The translations under genes were made by a program, and so were the position numbers. Of a stretch of 35,730 bases of DNA, positions 33,087-35,730 are shown in pieces (position 1 is the stretch's first letter; each line of letters opens with the position of its first letter). The stretch covers positions 7,770 through 43,499 of the forward strand of contig CAYUTB010000002.1 of the NCBI GenBank assembly GCA_964447425.1, read 5' to 3'. The notes under the pieces are model-generated. The model was given only the letters and a program-made list of their open reading frames with translations. It made no database searches and had not been told where the DNA came from. The stretch comes from an uncultured Candidatus Bathyarchaeia archaeon. GTDB lineage: Archaea > Thermoproteota > Bathyarchaeia > TCS64.

Positions 33087-34675
33087 TGACCGGCACATCT
33101 TTCAAATTACTTGTGCTGATCTGCAAGGCTCTTGAATCCACTACAAAGCGTAAAGAGAAAACAGCGCTGATAAGCGGCTTTCTAAAAACGCTGAGTAGGG
33201 ATGAGGTGAAGCCCGCTATACTCTTGATCATTGGAGCCGTGTTCCCAGAGACCAGTGACTCGACACTGGATGTAGGCTGGAGAACCCTCAAAAGGGTAAT
33301 AGACAGAAGTGGACAGACCACACTATTCCGGCACCAATTAACAATCACAGAAGTCTACGATACGCTCCAAGAGATAGCCAATGCATCAGGAGAAGGCAGC
33401 AGAAAACACAAGGAACAGCTACTGGAACGCATGTTCGCCCAGACCGAGCCGGATGAATCAGAGATACTTGCACGGATAATATTCGGTGAGATGAGGATCG
33501 GGGTAAACGAGGGGATGATGCTGGAGGGTATAGCTGAATCCACCGGCATGGACCCAGCGCTCGTTCGCAGAGCGCTGATGATGACAGGAGACATCGGCAG
33601 GGTAGCAGAGGAAGCAGTTCAACGGGGTGAAGCTGGACTCATGAGTCTTGAGGCTACCATGTTCGTGCCATTGAAGCCAATGCTTGCGAACACCGCTGAA
33701 TCCCCTGAGGATGCGATTCGTGACTATGGGGGAGAGGCTGCCTTTGAGTACAAGTATGATGGGGCACGGATACAGATACACCGCAAAGGCGACGAGGTGA
33801 GGATATTCAGCAGAAGACTGTCTGATGTCACTGAAAGCATACCCGATATCATAGAGATCGTTAGGGGTTTTCCTGAGAAGGCTGATTTCATTATCGAGGG
33901 TGAGGTGGTGGCTGTAGGTGGTAACCAGCGCCCATTGCCGTTTCAAGATCTGATGAGGCGATTCACGAGGGTCAACGAGGTAGATGAGATGATTAAACAG
34001 ATTCCTTTGAAGCTCTATCTATTCGATGCTCTCTACCATGACGGTTCATTGTTAATCGATGAACCCTACAGCAGCAGATGGAGCGCCTTGGAGAAAATTG
34101 CCCCCAAGGAGTATCTCGCGAAGCGAATTATCACAAGCTGCCCCGAGGAGGCGTTGAGGCTCATGAAGCAAGCCACAGAGGAAGGGCATGAAGGCTTGAT
34201 GGCGAAACGACTCGACAGCACATACAGCCCCGGTTCAAGGGGCAAGAACTGGTACAAGCTCAAACCAGTTGAGACACTTGACGTAGTCGTGGTTGCAGCA
34301 GACTGGGGTAGTGGGCGCAGAAGAGGGTGGCTGAGCAACTACCATCTTGGCGTCTGGAGTGGCGAGGAGTATCTGGTTATAGGTAAGACCTTCAAGGGCT
34401 TGACCGATGATGAGTTCAAGTGGATGACCGAGCATCTTCAAAGCCTCAGGGTCGATGAATCCCAGTACACGGTACACGTTAAACCCGAGCTGGTCGTGGA
34501 GGTTGCTTTCAACGAGATACAGAGGAGCCCACACTACAAGTCAGGGTACGCGTTAAGGTTTGCACGCATAACCCGGATAAGAACAGACAAAGAATACGAG
34601 GAAGCCGATACCCTCGCCCGTGTAGCAGAACTCTATGAGCATCAGTTCGAGTACAAGGACCGCCTAGAGAGGTAA
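33086..34675 (+). CDS. lig: ATP-dependent DNA ligase
   Basis: 529 aa. Adenylation motif 'EYKYDGARIQIH' (KxDG), plus 'EGEVVA', 'LYLFDAL', 'EGLMAK', 'WYKLKP', and an OB domain. The ATG overlaps the FEN1 TGA by 1 nt (TGATG). Confidence 0.95.
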   Translation: MTGTSFKLLVLICKALESTTKRKEKTALISGFLKTLSRDEVKPAILLIIGAVFPETSDSTLDVGWRTLKRVIDRSGQTTLFRHQLTITEVYDTLQEIANASGEGSRKHKEQLLERMFAQTEPDESEILARIIFGEMRIGVNEGMMLEGIAESTGMDPALVRRALMMTGDIGRVAEEAVQRGEAGLMSLEATMFVPLKPMLANTAESPEDAIRDYGGEAAFEYKYDGARIQIHRKGDEVRIFSRRLSDVTESIPDIIEIVRGFPEKADFIIEGEVVAVGGNQRPLPFQDLMRRFTRVNEVDEMIKQIPLKLYLFDALYHDGSLLIDEPYSSRWSALEKIAPKEYLAKRIITSCPEEALRLMKQATEEGHEGLMAKRLDSTYSPGSRGKNWYKLKPVETLDVVVVAADWGSGRRRGWLSNYHLGVWSGEEYLVIGKTFKGLTDDEFKWMTEHLQSLRVDESQYTVHVKPELVVEVAFNEIQRSPHYKSGYALRFARITRIRTDKEYEEADTLARVAELYEHQFEYKDRLER

Positions 34676-35239
34676 CTTGCTTCTCAACCCACCTATCACT
34701 GACTGGATTGATGAACCGTCTCGGATGGGCTCTCCCTCGGTTCTGGGCTGGGACTTGTTCTCAATCAACTGATAATGAACCAGCAACCCAACCATCGTCA
34801 ACACACCCACCACGAGAACCCACCAGCTAATAGCCGTGGAGTATAATGTGAACGAATCCGTGACAGGGACCCCGCCGGGTACCACGAGCCCACCAGCCGC
34901 GAAGAGAATGGCTCCTAAGGCGAAATAGTAGACCCAGATAACCCGCTTCCTCATCGCATCTGCCTCCATCCTGAGCTTGTTTACATTCTCCAGCTTCTCC
35001 CGCCACTTCTCACCGAACCCAGCTATCTCAACAGCCTCAGGATCCAAATCGATGATATCCTGCATCTTGGCTACAAATTCCTCGTTTTCCCGCTTCATCT
35101 GTTCACGGTAGGCTTCGTAATAGATCTCGATCCGTTGATCGAATTCCTCATCGAAGAGTAGCCACCAAAGGACAAAGTTGCCCATGGAGAGTATGACCGC
35201 GGACAGGATCAGTATATAGGACTCATTCAACCTGTTCAT
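34664..35239 (-). CDS. Hypothetical membrane protein
   Basis: 191 aa from ATG 35239: N-terminal TM 'ILILSAVILSMGNFVLWWLL', a charged helical middle region, and two C-terminal TM helices. The track's longer form (to 35374) overlaps the upstream M20 gene. The 3' end overlaps the ligase gene by 12 nt. Confidence 0.55.
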   Translation of the reverse strand: MNRLNESYILILSAVILSMGNFVLWWLLFDEEFDQRIEIYYEAYREQMKRENEEFVAKMQDIIDLDPEAVEIAGFGEKWREKLENVNKLRMEADAMRKRVIWVYYFALGAILFAAGGLVVPGGVPVTDSFTLYSTAISWWVLVVGVLTMVGLLVHYQLIENKSQPRTEGEPIRDGSSIQSVIGGLRSKLPL

Positions 35240-35286
35240 TGAGTTGGTTTCTCGGTTTAAAAAATATGGGTGAAAAAAATGGTGGA

Positions 35287-35730
35287 TTAAGCGTCCTTGA
35301 GCTGATCCAGCGGGGGCTTCAGGTCCATTGGGATGGGTGACTTGTATACGCGTCCAGCTAGCCGCTCCACCCACTCTGCCTTAACCTGCTTCAAGAGCTC
35401 AGGCTTTGTAAAGAGCTCAAGTCCAGCCGCTGCGTGGACCTTTGTGCTGAATATCAGCCCTTTGTGACCTATGCTCATACCGTTCTGGGCTACGAACTGC
35501 CAGCTATGCCCGGGTGTACCCAGCATACAGCATGTGGTGCCGAACTCGATGGTGGGGGTTATCCAGCTTACGTCACTTACGTCGGTGCTGCCCGCGCCAA
35601 CCATTCCTGCGCTGTAGTCTGGTAGAACCCTTTCGTCGAAGTGGACGTCTCGGAGTTTCTGCCAGTCAGGGCGATTGGATTTCTGGAGGCTGTTCATCTT
35701 CTTGCTGATATCGATGCTCTCAGCCATCTT
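35287..35730 (-). CDS. M20-family amidohydrolase (AbgB/aminobenzoyl-glutamate hydrolase-like), C-terminal part; the gene continues beyond the window
   Basis: 'GSTDVSDVSWITPTIEFGTTCCMLGTPGHSWQFVA' is typical of the AbgB-like M20D C-terminus. The reading frame stays open to the window edge. Confidence 0.75.
   Translation of the reverse strand, partial: KMAESIDISKKMNSLQKSNRPDWQKLRDVHFDERVLPDYSAGMVGAGSTDVSDVSWITPTIEFGTTCCMLGTPGHSWQFVAQNGMSIGHKGLIFSTKVHAAAGLELFTKPELLKQVKAEWVERLAGRVYKSPIPMDLKPPLDQLKDA

Noticed and set aside
35240-35374. Longer form (236 aa) of the membrane protein ORF 34664..35374
   Set aside because: The extension overlaps the 3' end of the M20 amidohydrolase gene and is Gly/Pro/His-rich. 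ATG 35239 starts directly at the first TM helix.
1-35730. CRISPR arrays, tRNA/rRNA genes, inteins, in-frame recoded stops
   Set aside because: I saw no regularly spaced repeats, no cloverleaf-like or rRNA-like segments in the intergenic regions, and no abnormally long insertions in the replication proteins. This was visual inspection only; tRNAscan or Infernal should confirm it.

Overview
This window looks like a compact archaeal chromosomal segment, about 50% GC by eye, with AT-rich intergenic spacers and TATA-like boxes. I saw no rRNA, tRNA, CRISPR array, integrase or transposase.

Gene content, in order:
- A divergent KDG kinase / KD(P)G-aldolase pair (Entner-Doudoroff type).
- An orphan 303-aa Spo11/Topo VI-A-like ('mini-A'-like) protein, divergently paired with a small degenerate staphylococcal-nuclease-fold protein.
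- Housekeeping and redox genes: M24 Xaa-Pro peptidase, ICMT-like methyltransferase, Nudix hydrolase, ArsR/DUF1724 regulator, Fe-S aldo/keto reductase, LLM-family oxidoreductase.
- A multiply frameshifted CPBP (CAAX/Abi-type) protease pseudogene.
- A SAM methyltransferase and a 54-aa rubredoxin that is missing from the ORF track.
- A replication-translation supercluster: PriL, a 47-aa Cys/His ORF, PriS, GINS51, L44e, S27e, aIF2-alpha, Nop10.
- A divergently organised Liv-type ABC transporter.
- DUF917, a small wHTH protein and two tandem D-aminoacylase-family amidohydrolases.
- A divergent lrp-glnA pair.
- A thiol-redox/regulator cluster: TrmB-like regulator, thioredoxin, receiver-only response regulator, glutaredoxin-like protein.
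- A DUF401-type membrane protein.
- An overlapping FEN1 / ATP-dependent DNA ligase operon.
- A membrane protein and the 3' part of an M20 (AbgB-like) amidohydrolase.

The most unusual locus is the stand-alone Topo VI-A-like gene, which has no B subunit in the window. Secondary points of interest are several sub-60-aa ORFs absent from the track, the DUF917/amidohydrolase cluster, apparently leaderless promoters, and frequent TTG starts on conserved genes. All assignments come from by-eye motif recognition; no searches were run.
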